Shown piece after piece: positions 37,082 to 45,995 of a stretch of DNA of 64,000 nucleotides. A model generated the notes under the pieces. It worked only from the letters and a program-made list of their open reading frames with translations. It searched no databases and was not told the DNA's origin. The translations under genes were made by a program, and so were the position numbers. The DNA comes from a virus (taxonomy: Duplodnaviria > Heunggongvirae > Uroviricota > Caudoviricetes), in IMG/VR virus record IMGVR_UViG_3300049048_000035, positions 31,856-95,855 of that record; one strand, 5' to 3'. Every line of letters starts with the position of its first letter. Within the stretch, counting starts at the first letter, position 1.

Positions 37082-37443
37082 GCATCAGCTAAGGCTTCAG
37101 CAAATGTCTTACCTGAACCACTCACGTAGAGGGCAACGTCAGCTTTGTTTTCGTCTGACAGAGCGTGCCACTTCCTTTGCTGGTCAGGAGCACGCTTCAA
37201 TAGCACAGACCCATACTCAGAAGGAATGCCGTGGATGGTGTGCTTCACTGAAAAGTCACAGCTAATCAACACCCACCCAACCGGGATCATTTCTTCAACA
37301 GTGAAACTATGCGTCTGCACAACAGGGCTTACATTTTTTAGCAATTCTCGCACCCAGCGGCGGGCAGCCTCGTAGCCTGCCATCCAACCGCCGTCTTCAG
37401 GCTCACAATTCTCAGCCCATTCTCGGAGTTTGTTCAAGCTCAT
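37045..37443 (-). CDS. hypothetical protein (132 aa)
   Basis: Operon context. Confidence 0.4.
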   Translation of the reverse strand: MSLNKLREWAENCEPEDGGWMAGYEAARRWVRELLKNVSPVVQTHSFTVEEMIPVGWVLISCDFSVKHTIHGIPSEYGSVLLKRAPDQQRKWHALSDENKADVALYVSGSGKTFAEALADACQNARDEGTIA

Positions 37444-38021
37444 TATTCCTCCAACAGATCAGCCATCTTACGCATGTACTTGGCAGCACGCTTCTTGTTT
37501 CCTTGGTCAAGGCTCTGCTGCATGTTTGCCTTGGCATCGTGGAACTTGACGAAGCGAGCAACAGGATTCTTCTTCACCCCTTGCATGTATTCCTCGTCTG
37601 TCATGTCACTCCATTTTGACAGGTCAACGATGGCTTCCACAACCCAGTCTGGAAAAAGCTGAGCCAGAAGGCGGGCATCCCCGTCCGTATCCTCCAAAAA
37701 ATCATGAAGAATTGCAACGACCTGAATATATTGGTGCCAAGCCGAAAAGTCCAGCTTCGCCCCTGAGCTTTGGTAAACAGCCAGGGCTCCCGCCTTATCC
37801 CCTCGGACACGGGATTCCACTTGCGCAAGGTGGAACGTATAGGGGTAGTCCCCATACTTCTGCCCAGCATGGAACTTCTTAGCCAAAGCCCACGCAAGGG
37901 CAAGATCATTCAGCACATCACTCATAGGCGGCACCTTCTCAATTACTTTCTCGATTGATTGCTTTGGAGCGTTCCAAAGGTTGATAGGAGGTAGCTCTAA
38001 GCCGGGCCAGTAATCTGTCAC
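37443..38021 (-). CDS. HD-domain (p)ppGpp hydrolase-like protein (SpoT/Mesh1-type HD)
   Basis: AKKFHAGQKYGDYPYTFHLAQV and VVAILHDFLEDTDGD match the RelA/SpoT HD hydrolase motifs (H..GQ.R..G.PY..H...VA and LHD..EDT). Confidence 0.55.
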   Translation of the reverse strand: MTDYWPGLELPPINLWNAPKQSIEKVIEKVPPMSDVLNDLALAWALAKKFHAGQKYGDYPYTFHLAQVESRVRGDKAGALAVYQSSGAKLDFSAWHQYIQVVAILHDFLEDTDGDARLLAQLFPDWVVEAIVDLSKWSDMTDEEYMQGVKKNPVARFVKFHDAKANMQQSLDQGNKKRAAKYMRKMADLLEE

Positions 38022-38347
38022 TTCCCAGCTTTAGCCTGCCGAACGATTGCAGCCATCATTGCCAGAGCCGTGATACGCTCAGTCTTGTGGCGACGGTTGG
38101 TACGGGTGGTGAGGGCATCCTTGTCCCAAAACGGATGCTTATTCACTTCCTTATCCGTCTTAGGAGCGAAAAATTCTTTATAGGCGGCAAGATGATTGCA
38201 CCGATCTTCAAACATCAAACCATTCTCGGATGCTGCCATTTCCACGGCAAAGCACGAATAATCGTTAATCTCAAGCTCAATACGCTCAGCAGCACGTTCA
38301 AAGACTTCAGGGTTCAGCTTACGCAGAAATGCACGAGTGGTATACAT
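38018..38347 (-). CDS. hypothetical protein (109 aa)
   Basis: Operon context. Confidence 0.4.
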   Translation of the reverse strand: MYTTRAFLRKLNPEVFERAAERIELEINDYSCFAVEMAASENGLMFEDRCNHLAAYKEFFAPKTDKEVNKHPFWDKDALTTRTNRRHKTERITALAMMAAIVRQAKAGK

Positions 38348-38361
38348 TGATTATTCTCCTT

Positions 38362-38721
38362 TCAACGACGACGGGTAACGCTACGGGTGACCGTGCTGGG
38401 ACGGCTGTAGCTCGGAGTGGATCGGTAGCTAGGCACAGTCCGATAGGTCGGAGTGCTGTAGCGGGGCACAATGACAGGACGCTGCTGCACAATCACAGGG
38501 GCATTCCGGTAGGCTTCATTGCGTCCAGAACTCTTGCCCAGCATGTACCCACCAAGGGCACCAGCAGCAGCCCCTAGGACAGCGCTAGAGCCGTCAATGC
38601 CTTGCTGTTGAGCCTGTGGGACGGCATTGCCGTTGGCATCCACAGTGGGCAGCGGAGGCGTCTGAGGGCCACACGCAGCCAGGGCTAGAGCCAGCATAGC
38701 GGCTCCGATAGTCTTTTTCAT
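38362..38721 (-). CDS. lipoprotein with a glycine-zipper motif
   Basis: Signal peptide plus lipobox LAACG. Has a GAAAGALGGYMLG glycine zipper and a Ser/Thr/Pro/Arg-rich tail. Confidence 0.55.
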   Translation of the reverse strand: MKKTIGAAMLALALAACGPQTPPLPTVDANGNAVPQAQQQGIDGSSAVLGAAAGALGGYMLGKSSGRNEAYRNAPVIVQQRPVIVPRYSTPTYRTVPSYRSTPSYSRPSTVTRSVTRRR

Positions 38722-39860
38722 TTAGCTTCTCCTTTATTGATAGCTTCAATCAATAGCTGAGCAATCGCTTTCTCAGCTTCGTCCGTCACGATTGCGTTGA
38801 AACGCCCGTAGTGCTGCTGGAACTTGGCAGTGTTGCCATCCCTAGTCAACCCGATTGTACTCGAACGCTCACCATCTTTGGTCACTGAGTACACTAGGTA
38901 CTTACCCTGAGCCACATCAGGGGAGTAGCCTCCGACACAATGACCCATAGAAGACCCTTCAGTATACACCGAGAATGGGTTGTCCAGCAACGTAGCCTTG
39001 TAGCCTTCGTGCTCAAATTCACGAATTTGGAAATCCTTCAGGCATTCAAACGGCTCAGGTGAATACTTTCGCTGGTTAATCCTGATAGCAAACTTATCGT
39101 GTTCCTCTTTCATTCTACGAGGGGACCATTTATGGTTGATTTTCTCCCCTAGCTGTCCAGCCATCCTATACGCATCGACGACAAAGTGTAGCTCACGCCA
39201 TAGGTTTTTGTCTGCCCAACGTCCCTTGAAGTTGATTTTCATGTACTCAAGAATCACTTCAGGAAAGCCAGCATAATTGTCAAGCAGTGTACTAGAAGCC
39301 GACGTTGTTAGCACTTCTTTGGGAGACAGCCCACTCTGACACCCCTTCTTGTAATGCGTTGCAATCAGGTTGTTCCGACGTAGCGAGTTCTTAGTTAGCT
39401 GCTTCCAAACCCCTCCCAACTCAACCTTCAACTCCTTTGGAGTCTTGCCCGTCACTCTGACGATTGGCAGCAGATTGTACAGCCCATCATCGTAAACTTC
39501 AAGCAGAATCTTCTTGTGTTTGTTCACGTCATACACAAGATGAGGGTCAAACCTCCCCCTACAGCAGTAGTTCGTTGTCAGCTTCTTGATGACAGGGTAG
39601 ACAGGGGCCACAAACTTAGCCTTACGAAGCTTGTCAAAATGCTGCCACAAAACCTTATGTGAGCATCCGAGGAAGTCTCCGATAGCTTTGTTTTGCTCTT
39701 TGCAATAGGGATTAGCGGACAGCCCTACCCCCTTGTTTGCTGCAAAGATTGCATGCAGCCAAGCCTTCTTTGAGATTTCAATATCAAAGGGGGAGAACTG
39801 CGCCTCCCCAACCCTGATTACGTGCTTATCTTCGTCGTATTCAAGTTTCAGCATGTCCAA
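38718..39860 (-). CDS. PcfJ-like domain protein (380 aa)
   Basis: The C-terminal SSMGHCVGGYSPDVAQGKYLVY block matches my memory of the PcfJ-like signature (M.HCVG.Y). Confidence 0.35.
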   Translation of the reverse strand: MDMLKLEYDEDKHVIRVGEAQFSPFDIEISKKAWLHAIFAANKGVGLSANPYCKEQNKAIGDFLGCSHKVLWQHFDKLRKAKFVAPVYPVIKKLTTNYCCRGRFDPHLVYDVNKHKKILLEVYDDGLYNLLPIVRVTGKTPKELKVELGGVWKQLTKNSLRRNNLIATHYKKGCQSGLSPKEVLTTSASSTLLDNYAGFPEVILEYMKINFKGRWADKNLWRELHFVVDAYRMAGQLGEKINHKWSPRRMKEEHDKFAIRINQRKYSPEPFECLKDFQIREFEHEGYKATLLDNPFSVYTEGSSMGHCVGGYSPDVAQGKYLVYSVTKDGERSSTIGLTRDGNTAKFQQHYGRFNAIVTDEAEKAIAQLLIEAINKGEAK

Positions 39861-40041
39861 TCGGCTTAGTGTCTACCAGGACAACGTACTGGGAACCGAG
39901 AGAGTTAGAAACAATCTCGGCTGCCGCTCCAAACGTGGGGGCTTCAACGTGGTAGGTTTCGATCCCCTTATCTCCACGCACATTCACCTTCCAAATAGGC
40001 TCAAGCGGGAGTTCAAGCTGTTCCCAACTCTTCTGTTCCAT
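39841..40041 (-). CDS. hypothetical protein (66 aa)
   Basis: Operon context. Confidence 0.35.
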   Translation of the reverse strand: MEQKSWEQLELPLEPIWKVNVRGDKGIETYHVEAPTFGAAAEIVSNSLGSQYVVLVDTKPIGHAET

Positions 40042-41835
40042 TCAATACTCCTTCGGAGGCTGCTTAGCCAGCCAATCTTCCTTATCGTGCATCGTGTGGC
40101 TTTCGTTCTCGTAATAGTAGACACCAGCCACACCCGTCTTACCAGTCCAGCGAATCTTGCTAGCCTTCATGTAGATTGTATTGCGTTCAATCTCGTCTTC
40201 AGCTTCCTTGTCTCGCATGAACAACAGGTTAGCAGCGCCAGATTTGAAAATTGCACTGGTTCCGTGCATATCCTCTTCGTGCAGGTCTGCCCCTGTGGAG
40301 TTTGCCTTCTTGCCAGTTTGGTTCTTACGAACGTGGCTGACGTTGATGAAGATAACCCCGTGGCTCTTAAGCATGCCCTTCATCCACTTCAGGAAGACAG
40401 CTTGCTCCTTCTCATCCAGCCCATCCAAGATATCCTGCAAAGGGTCTAGGATGATAAGCTGACAGCCACACATAATGATTAGCTGTTCAATCTTAGACTT
40501 CAGAGATTCGATACCTCCATCACGATCTTCGATCAGGAAGAAGCGAGGCTCCCCGTTTTCCTTGAAGTAGAGGTTGTGTTCAGCAGCCTTGACTTCTTCA
40601 GAATTCAGATACGCCAGCTTTTCATTTTCGTCTTCGATCAGGTCGATCTTGCGTCCGACATGACGGCTTAGAATCTTCGTCCCGTACTGGCCTGCATCAC
40701 TCTCTAGTGTAATGATGCCCGGCTTGTATGGGCTGTTGAAAATCCAGAAGTACGTGCATTCATCAATGATTGTGCTCTTTCCAGTCCCCGATGCTGAGCC
40801 CAAGTTGATGATGTTTTTCAGAGGAATCCCCCCTGCCATCATCTTCTGAAGCTTGTGCATGAAGGGCGGCAGAGGCACTTTAGGCATCGCTGCTGCTTCT
40901 CTAATCCTGTCCCCTAGCTGACCACTACTCAGGATGCCATCGGGCACCCAAGGGCTTTCTAGAGCCCTGTAGAAGTCCGTAATGAAGTCACGCTCCGCTC
41001 CTGCTGCAACATAGTCATCAGCGTCTTTGTAGCGCATCTTCATCACATAAGCTTTCCCCTTCGGGAGTGCCTTGCAAATCTTCTCCGTTGCCTCAATCCC
41101 AGCCTCATCATTATCCATGCAGACAATGATCTTTTCAAACTGGTTGAAGAACTCGTAGCGGGCTGCAACTTGAATGTGAGCCGCTGATTCTCCTAGGGTC
41201 GAGCAAACTACAGCCGTAGTCTCAAAATCTTCCTTGCCCCGGGAAACTTGATAGTCCCGGATCATTTGGTAGGTGTTGAGAGCCTTTGTTTCCCCTCCTG
41301 AAATGATACAGGTCATCTTGTGGTTCTTGAACCGGAATTCAAAAACCATATCACACTCTTTGCCTACTTGCCCAACGGGGCTAGAAAAGTCCTTCGGGAA
41401 CTTCCGAACACGGTAGCCTGCGTGTTCTCCATTAACCGTAGTAGGAACAAACTGCTTACATGGCTTGCCAGTCTCAGGGTCAATTTCATATTTCACCCCG
41501 AAGAATTTATTTGTCTCTGTGCGAATGCCTCTGTAGTTCTGCCCGTTATACGTCGTGTTGGCCTTGATTTCCTCAGCCTGTTCTTTTGTAATCTTCTCTC
41601 GGGTCACGTAAACTTCTTCCTCCTGTTCGTCAATACCTCGGGCTTCCCTTTCATCGTCTGACAGGATAGTCCAGTTGCAAGACCAGCAGTAGGCCCCACG
41701 CCCCTCTCCGTACACCAACAAGTTATCACCAGAATTGTCCCGGCCTTTTCTGCGGCAATTTGGGCACGCTGTTTTATGGTAATAACTTAGGTCGATTCCG
41801 TATTTTTCTGCTAGTTCACTCACCACACTGTTCAA
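40042..41835 (-). CDS. bifunctional DNA primase / DnaB-family helicase (T7 gp4-like)
   Basis: N-terminal Cys4 zinc ribbon (CPNC...CWSC), a TOPRIM region and the helicase Walker A motif GSASGTGKST. Confidence 0.85.
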   Translation of the reverse strand: MNSVVSELAEKYGIDLSYYHKTACPNCRRKGRDNSGDNLLVYGEGRGAYCWSCNWTILSDDEREARGIDEQEEEVYVTREKITKEQAEEIKANTTYNGQNYRGIRTETNKFFGVKYEIDPETGKPCKQFVPTTVNGEHAGYRVRKFPKDFSSPVGQVGKECDMVFEFRFKNHKMTCIISGGETKALNTYQMIRDYQVSRGKEDFETTAVVCSTLGESAAHIQVAARYEFFNQFEKIIVCMDNDEAGIEATEKICKALPKGKAYVMKMRYKDADDYVAAGAERDFITDFYRALESPWVPDGILSSGQLGDRIREAAAMPKVPLPPFMHKLQKMMAGGIPLKNIINLGSASGTGKSTIIDECTYFWIFNSPYKPGIITLESDAGQYGTKILSRHVGRKIDLIEDENEKLAYLNSEEVKAAEHNLYFKENGEPRFFLIEDRDGGIESLKSKIEQLIIMCGCQLIILDPLQDILDGLDEKEQAVFLKWMKGMLKSHGVIFINVSHVRKNQTGKKANSTGADLHEEDMHGTSAIFKSGAANLLFMRDKEAEDEIERNTIYMKASKIRWTGKTGVAGVYYYENESHTMHDKEDWLAKQPPKEY

Positions 41836-42169
41836 GCAGCGCCTTGGGCAACGTAAAGCCGGGGAGGTTCAAATCTTGCCCGAAGTCCTTCTTCATAATG
41901 TACATCGCCAGAATAGCACCCGTCACCAGGCCGTTGATAATCTTGCGATCAAGCTTTTGGTCTTGTGCCAGCGGCAGGATGTGCTCTCGCCGGAGCATCG
42001 AGGCAGCACGGAAATGGTAGTCAGCCAAGTCGAACAGAGATTGTTCAGCAGCTTCCCGGGCCAGATTCTTGTGGCGGATTGCCTCAGCCTCAAGCTGAGA
42101 GATAAGCGCAGAACGCTTCACCATCCGACGTTGCAGTTTGCCAAAGCTGGCAGTTTCCTTCTTGCTCAT
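41816..42169 (-). CDS. hypothetical protein (117 aa)
   Basis: Operon context. Confidence 0.4.
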   Translation of the reverse strand: MSKKETASFGKLQRRMVKRSALISQLEAEAIRHKNLAREAAEQSLFDLADYHFRAASMLRREHILPLAQDQKLDRKIINGLVTGAILAMYIMKKDFGQDLNLPGFTLPKALLEQCGE

Positions 42170-42215
42170 ACAACTCCTTTTCTCAAGTTTGGAAAACAGG
42201 GCCGAAGCCCTGTTG

Positions 42216-43016
42216 TCATTTGCCGACGTTGACCATGCCCTTGAAGTCGGCCGGAATCACGATGGTCTGAACCTTGCCTGCTGCAATACCCTCAGCGATC
42301 TTCAGGCGAGCTTGAGCGTCCATCATTTGAATGCTCTTTTCGCTGTTGGCAGCCAGCGCAGCCATACGACGGCTCTCAGCTTCAGCAATTGCAACCTGCT
42401 TCTCCTTCTCCTTCAGTTCGTTTTCAGCACGAACCACAGCGATGGCGGAGTCAAGGATTTGCTTGTTGGGGACTACAGCCCGGACAATGATGCTGTGGAT
42501 CGTGAGGGAGTTCCCCAGCCCATCCGCAGCCAGCATCTTCGTAGCTTCTTCCTTGATTTCCTTGGCAATGTCTTCCCGCTTGTCATTCACCACCAGAGCA
42601 TTGTACTTTCGCACAACCTTGTAGGCAGCCGAGTTGACAGTGTTGCCGACGTAATTGTACATCAGAACAACGTCGCCTTCGTCGTTGTTGCTGTGGAACG
42701 TCTTGGATTTCTTCGTCCACAGGTCCGAAACAGCGTTCTCGTTGATGCCATAGATGGCAGTGAAGTCCAGATCGGCCAGCGGAGTGTTGTCAGCCGTCAG
42801 CGGGGCCTTGTCGTTGATATTGACTGCAATGTCCCGGACAGGGAACGTCAGGACAGAGCCGACGAGGGTTTGATTCCAAGTACCCTCCCGAAGCTCAGCA
42901 CCCTCCACTTGTTTCGAGGCATTGACCCGAAGACCAACCTCACCCGTGGTAATTCGGGTGCAACCCGTAGCCAGAATAGCAACAGCCATCAGCAGGCCAG
43001 CAAAAATACGCTTCAT
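42216..43016 (-). CDS. SPFH/band-7 (stomatin/HflKC-like) domain lipoprotein
   Basis: Start at MKRIFAGLLMAVAILATGC (lipobox LATGC) with RBS aaggaga. The SPFH core runs from TGEVGLRVN through LTADNTPL..L.FTAIYGI to IHSIIVRAVVP...AENELKEKEKQVAIAEAESRR. Confidence 0.65.
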   Translation of the reverse strand: MKRIFAGLLMAVAILATGCTRITTGEVGLRVNASKQVEGAELREGTWNQTLVGSVLTFPVRDIAVNINDKAPLTADNTPLADLDFTAIYGINENAVSDLWTKKSKTFHSNNDEGDVVLMYNYVGNTVNSAAYKVVRKYNALVVNDKREDIAKEIKEEATKMLAADGLGNSLTIHSIIVRAVVPNKQILDSAIAVVRAENELKEKEKQVAIAEAESRRMAALAANSEKSIQMMDAQARLKIAEGIAAGKVQTIVIPADFKGMVNVGK

Positions 43017-43037
43017 TTTCTCTCCTTGGTTAAATGA

Positions 43038-43217
43038 ATCAGAACAGATATACAACAACACCCAGCAGCAGGAATGCCACTGCTGCGAACAGTCCGCTTA
43101 GGGCAATGACCTTGAGAACTTTCAGCTTCCCATAACCTGACAGGTTCCAGAAAGTTGTCGTTCCAAGAGCAATTAGAGCCCACACGAACAAGAAAGTCAA
43201 GATCATTCTTGGCATCA
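43038..43217 (-). CDS. small 2-TM membrane protein (59 aa) immediately upstream of the SPFH gene
   Basis: MMPRMILTFLFVWALIALG...LSGLFAAVAFLLLGVVVYLF. Below the ORF-track cut-off. Confidence 0.4.
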
Positions 43218-43493
43218 TGCCTCCACTACCAGCTTTTCTCCAACCTTGTACGAACCGATGACACTGTAGTTCTCAGCAAGCCAGTCTTGATCGGTGCAGT
43301 AGGTAATACTGCCATTGGATTCAAAGAAAATAACTTCACTTCTTCCGCGAATCACAGTGCAAATCTCTCCCTTGTTCAAAGTAGAGACTCCTACAACCAA
43401 AGTAGGTGTGCAAAGTGCAATGTTTTCAAAGCTAGCCGGAGGGTACACTGGGTTTCCCGTGCCCGGCATCTGGATTTTATGCATTTTTGCCAT
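43215..43493 (-). CDS. hypothetical protein (93 aa)
   Basis: RBS taaggagagagga before the ATG at 43493. Confidence 0.4.
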   Translation of the reverse strand: MAKMHKIQMPGTGNPVYPPASFENIALCTPTLVVGVSTLNKGEICTVIRGRSEVIFFESNGSITYCTDQDWLAENYSVIGSYKVGEKLVVEA

Positions 43494-43503
43494 TCCTCTC
43501 TCC

Positions 43504-44505
43504 TTACCCCTCGTAATTTTCACCCGGAATCAGTTTACGGAACTGAATCCAGCCCTTCAGGTTGCCACTCCAAAGCTGCTTGTCACGGGTCATGTGAGAC
43601 ACACCTTCTTCCCATGTGTCAGGGTCATGCCACAGGTTAATACCCGTGTACTCTGCTGTCATGCGAAGATTCATCGGAGTCGCTTGATGCTCGAACGCCG
43701 AAGCGTGCTTACGATCATCACCCACAAGTCTATCATAAACTTCAAGGCACTTGTCAACCCCGTAGTCAACATTTCGGAAGCTCACAGCGGCAGAGCGTGC
43801 AGCAGACACCTTGCGGGCGGTGTCCAAGTCCATCACCACATGACTGTAACCTTCTTCAGTGCTTGCAATCATGTATTTGACTTCACCATTCGGCAGAACA
43901 ACGAAGTCATCAACGTATGGTAAATGCCACTGCCCCGGGGACAGTTCCACAGGAACTGACGCCTCCCTAGCCTCAAACATAACCCGCGCTAGCTCTGCCA
44001 GCGTTGGGTCAGCAGCCTCATGGTGACGCAGCCAGAAGTAGTTATTCCACTCCGTTCCGCTGGTCACAGTCTTCATCATTTGGAAGGGTTCAACCAAACG
44101 ATTATAGACTTGCTTGTGATAGCCAGCTTCAAACAATGCGTTAGCGAAGTGAACAGCACATTCCTTGGCTCGCTCCCATGCAGTTTCTACACGGATTTGC
44201 TCGTACCCTGCACCCATACCACTACCATAAGGTAGCGTCACAAGACCCTTGTAATCCTCTCCCTTATCCTGCATACCAGGATTAGCCTGCCCGAAGCGAA
44301 CAGGTCGGGCGTCAAGCTGAGTCTTCATCTTAGCCCACGGAATAGCCCGGGAGCTAGACGAGTTCTTTGACAGCATCCGATGAGTGTTGTATTCCGCAAG
44401 GATGATTCGGGGGTACTCGATTTCGTAGGTTGTAAACCGAATACCCACTGGGCTAATACTGTCCTTTAGAATCGTAGCCTTGATTCCGTATTTTCCTTCT
44501 ACCAT
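43504..44505 (-). CDS. thyX: flavin-dependent thymidylate synthase ThyX
   Basis: The ThyX signature tHRxxSxxxxSxR is present as NTHRMLSKNSSSSRA. Confidence 0.75.
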   Translation of the reverse strand: MVEGKYGIKATILKDSISPVGIRFTTYEIEYPRIILAEYNTHRMLSKNSSSSRAIPWAKMKTQLDARPVRFGQANPGMQDKGEDYKGLVTLPYGSGMGAGYEQIRVETAWERAKECAVHFANALFEAGYHKQVYNRLVEPFQMMKTVTSGTEWNNYFWLRHHEAADPTLAELARVMFEAREASVPVELSPGQWHLPYVDDFVVLPNGEVKYMIASTEEGYSHVVMDLDTARKVSAARSAAVSFRNVDYGVDKCLEVYDRLVGDDRKHASAFEHQATPMNLRMTAEYTGINLWHDPDTWEEGVSHMTRDKQLWSGNLKGWIQFRKLIPGENYEG

Positions 44506-44513
44506 TATCCTCC

Positions 44514-44906
44514 TTACTTCACCAGTCGAACGTTAATGTGTTGCCCCAGCATGTAAGCCAGCGGCCCAAGCTGAGGGTCAACCTCAGCATCAGAAATTTC
44601 AAGCTTGAAGCCGTGTTCATCAAACCACTTCAGCCACTCGTAAAGCTGTGCCTCAGCTTCCAATCCACGCCCCAGCACAGCAACACAGGGATGTTTGTGG
44701 TAGGCATTTTTGGGAATCCAGACTTCTCCGTTCTGGTCAATACGCTCCCACGTATCCTTGTCGTACCACTCGTAATCAGGGTACTTATCATGTGCGAGAA
44801 CACCAACGCATTCCCGCCCAAAGCCACACTCACCTTGAAGCTGAAGTTGCAGCCCATTCTTAGCTGCCCAAACAGCCATCCAAGTGATCTTTTCGTCGTG
44901 GGTCAT
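44514..44906 (-). CDS. hypothetical protein (130 aa)
   Basis: Strong RBS caaggagagaaaATG at 44906. Confidence 0.45.
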   Translation of the reverse strand: MTHDEKITWMAVWAAKNGLQLQLQGECGFGRECVGVLAHDKYPDYEWYDKDTWERIDQNGEVWIPKNAYHKHPCVAVLGRGLEAEAQLYEWLKWFDEHGFKLEISDAEVDPQLGPLAYMLGQHINVRLVK

Positions 44907-45325
44907 TTTCTCTCCTTGCAAAAGTTATGTCTTCCAATCTTACGACACTTCATCCCTCTAGCCCAACCCGGGGTTTCCCCTGAGTAGAAGTAGCGGAAAT
45001 TCCTGTCTTTGAGAATCCGAGGCTGCGTTGCAGCTTTTACAAACCAAGGGTGAGCGTCTTCATGGCTGAGCCACGCTTTCTTGCCAACCCAGCTAAACTG
45101 ACGTTTAGCCTTGACCACTTCACAAGCAGAAGACCCGGATTGTAGCATACGGTTGTACACAGTGTCAAGCACTGCCCGTTGCCCAACTAGGGGTTCCCCT
45201 CTAGCTTCATGGTACACCACATTGGCTAGGCATGCAATCTCTTTCTTGTCAGGCTTAGGGACTGGTCCGTCTTTCAGTGGTAGTGCCCAAAACAGCAGCA
45301 CAAATGCGGCTAGGGCTCTCCACAT
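44903..45325 (-). CDS. SleB/CwlJ-family cell wall hydrolase (Hydrolase_2) with signal peptide
   Basis: NVVYHEARGEPLVGQRAVLDTVYNR is the hallmark motif of the SleB family. Start taken at MWRALAAFVLLFWALPL (signal-peptide-like); an upstream start at 45409 is possible. Confidence 0.5.
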   Translation of the reverse strand: MWRALAAFVLLFWALPLKDGPVPKPDKKEIACLANVVYHEARGEPLVGQRAVLDTVYNRMLQSGSSACEVVKAKRQFSWVGKKAWLSHEDAHPWFVKAATQPRILKDRNFRYFYSGETPGWARGMKCRKIGRHNFCKERK

Positions 45326-45501
45326 AGCTGTAGGGGCTTGCTGATACGCTCTAGGAAGCGCTTCCGGGCTTTCTTTGCAACTCCTGTGACAATGAAGCCA
45401 CACAGCCACTGTGCAGTCCAGCCTTTCCTGTGTGCCCCCATGCTTCGTAGGAACTTCAAATGACTGTAGAACTTGGCACGCTTAGCTTTCTTGCTCATCA
45501 T
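45310..45501 (-). CDS. hypothetical basic protein (63 aa)
   Basis: Operon context; overlaps an alternative longer start of the SleB-like gene. Confidence 0.3.
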   Translation of the reverse strand: MMSKKAKRAKFYSHLKFLRSMGAHRKGWTAQWLCGFIVTGVAKKARKRFLERISKPLQLCGEP

Positions 45502-45683
45502 TACACCTTAACCCAAGTACCATCCAGCAGGAAAACTCGGATGATCCCCACAGTGTAGGGAGTTGATTGGTCACCAGAATCATCAGTCCAAGTTACATCA
45601 ACCCAGTGCCTGTCAGGCATGGTGTCATCAATGTCAACACTGTAAACCTGACTGCAACCTTTAACCTTGAAGTCGATCTTCAT
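45501..45683 (-). CDS. hypothetical protein (60 aa)
   Basis: Operon context. Confidence 0.3.
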   Translation of the reverse strand: MKIDFKVKGCSQVYSVDIDDTMPDRHWVDVTWTDDSGDQSTPYTVGIIRVFLLDGTWVKV

Positions 45684-45749
45684 GCGTTCCTCACAATGAT
45701 GATTGTCGATGCAATGGATGCTAGCACAACCAGAAGCGTAGTCAACTGT

Positions 45750-45995
45750 TTACGCCAACATTTCTTCTTTGTTGACGTTCCTGAAGTAGTGTTCACTCAG
45801 TTCCTCCTTTACATCCTCTGGCACTTTAGGGTAGGGCATCCATGCAAAGAAATGAGAAGCGTTGGATTCTGACCACAGCACTTCCACAAGTTTGTTGCCC
45901 TCTGTCAAAGCTAGTACACGCTGACCAGGAAAGGGTCGGCTCTTACGCAGGCTTGTCAGGGAAACCAGTTTAGCTGTCGGTCGTTCTTTTGTCAT
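45750..45995 (-). CDS. hypothetical protein (81 aa)
   Basis: Codon usage is that of the rest of the genome. Confidence 0.4.
   Translation of the reverse strand: MTKERPTAKLVSLTSLRKSRPFPGQRVLALTEGNKLVEVLWSESNASHFFAWMPYPKVPEDVKEELSEHYFRNVNKEEMLA

Noticed and set aside
42138-43037. 299-aa plus-strand ORF
   Set aside because: Antisense to the SPFH lipoprotein gene, which has clear domain motifs and an RBS.
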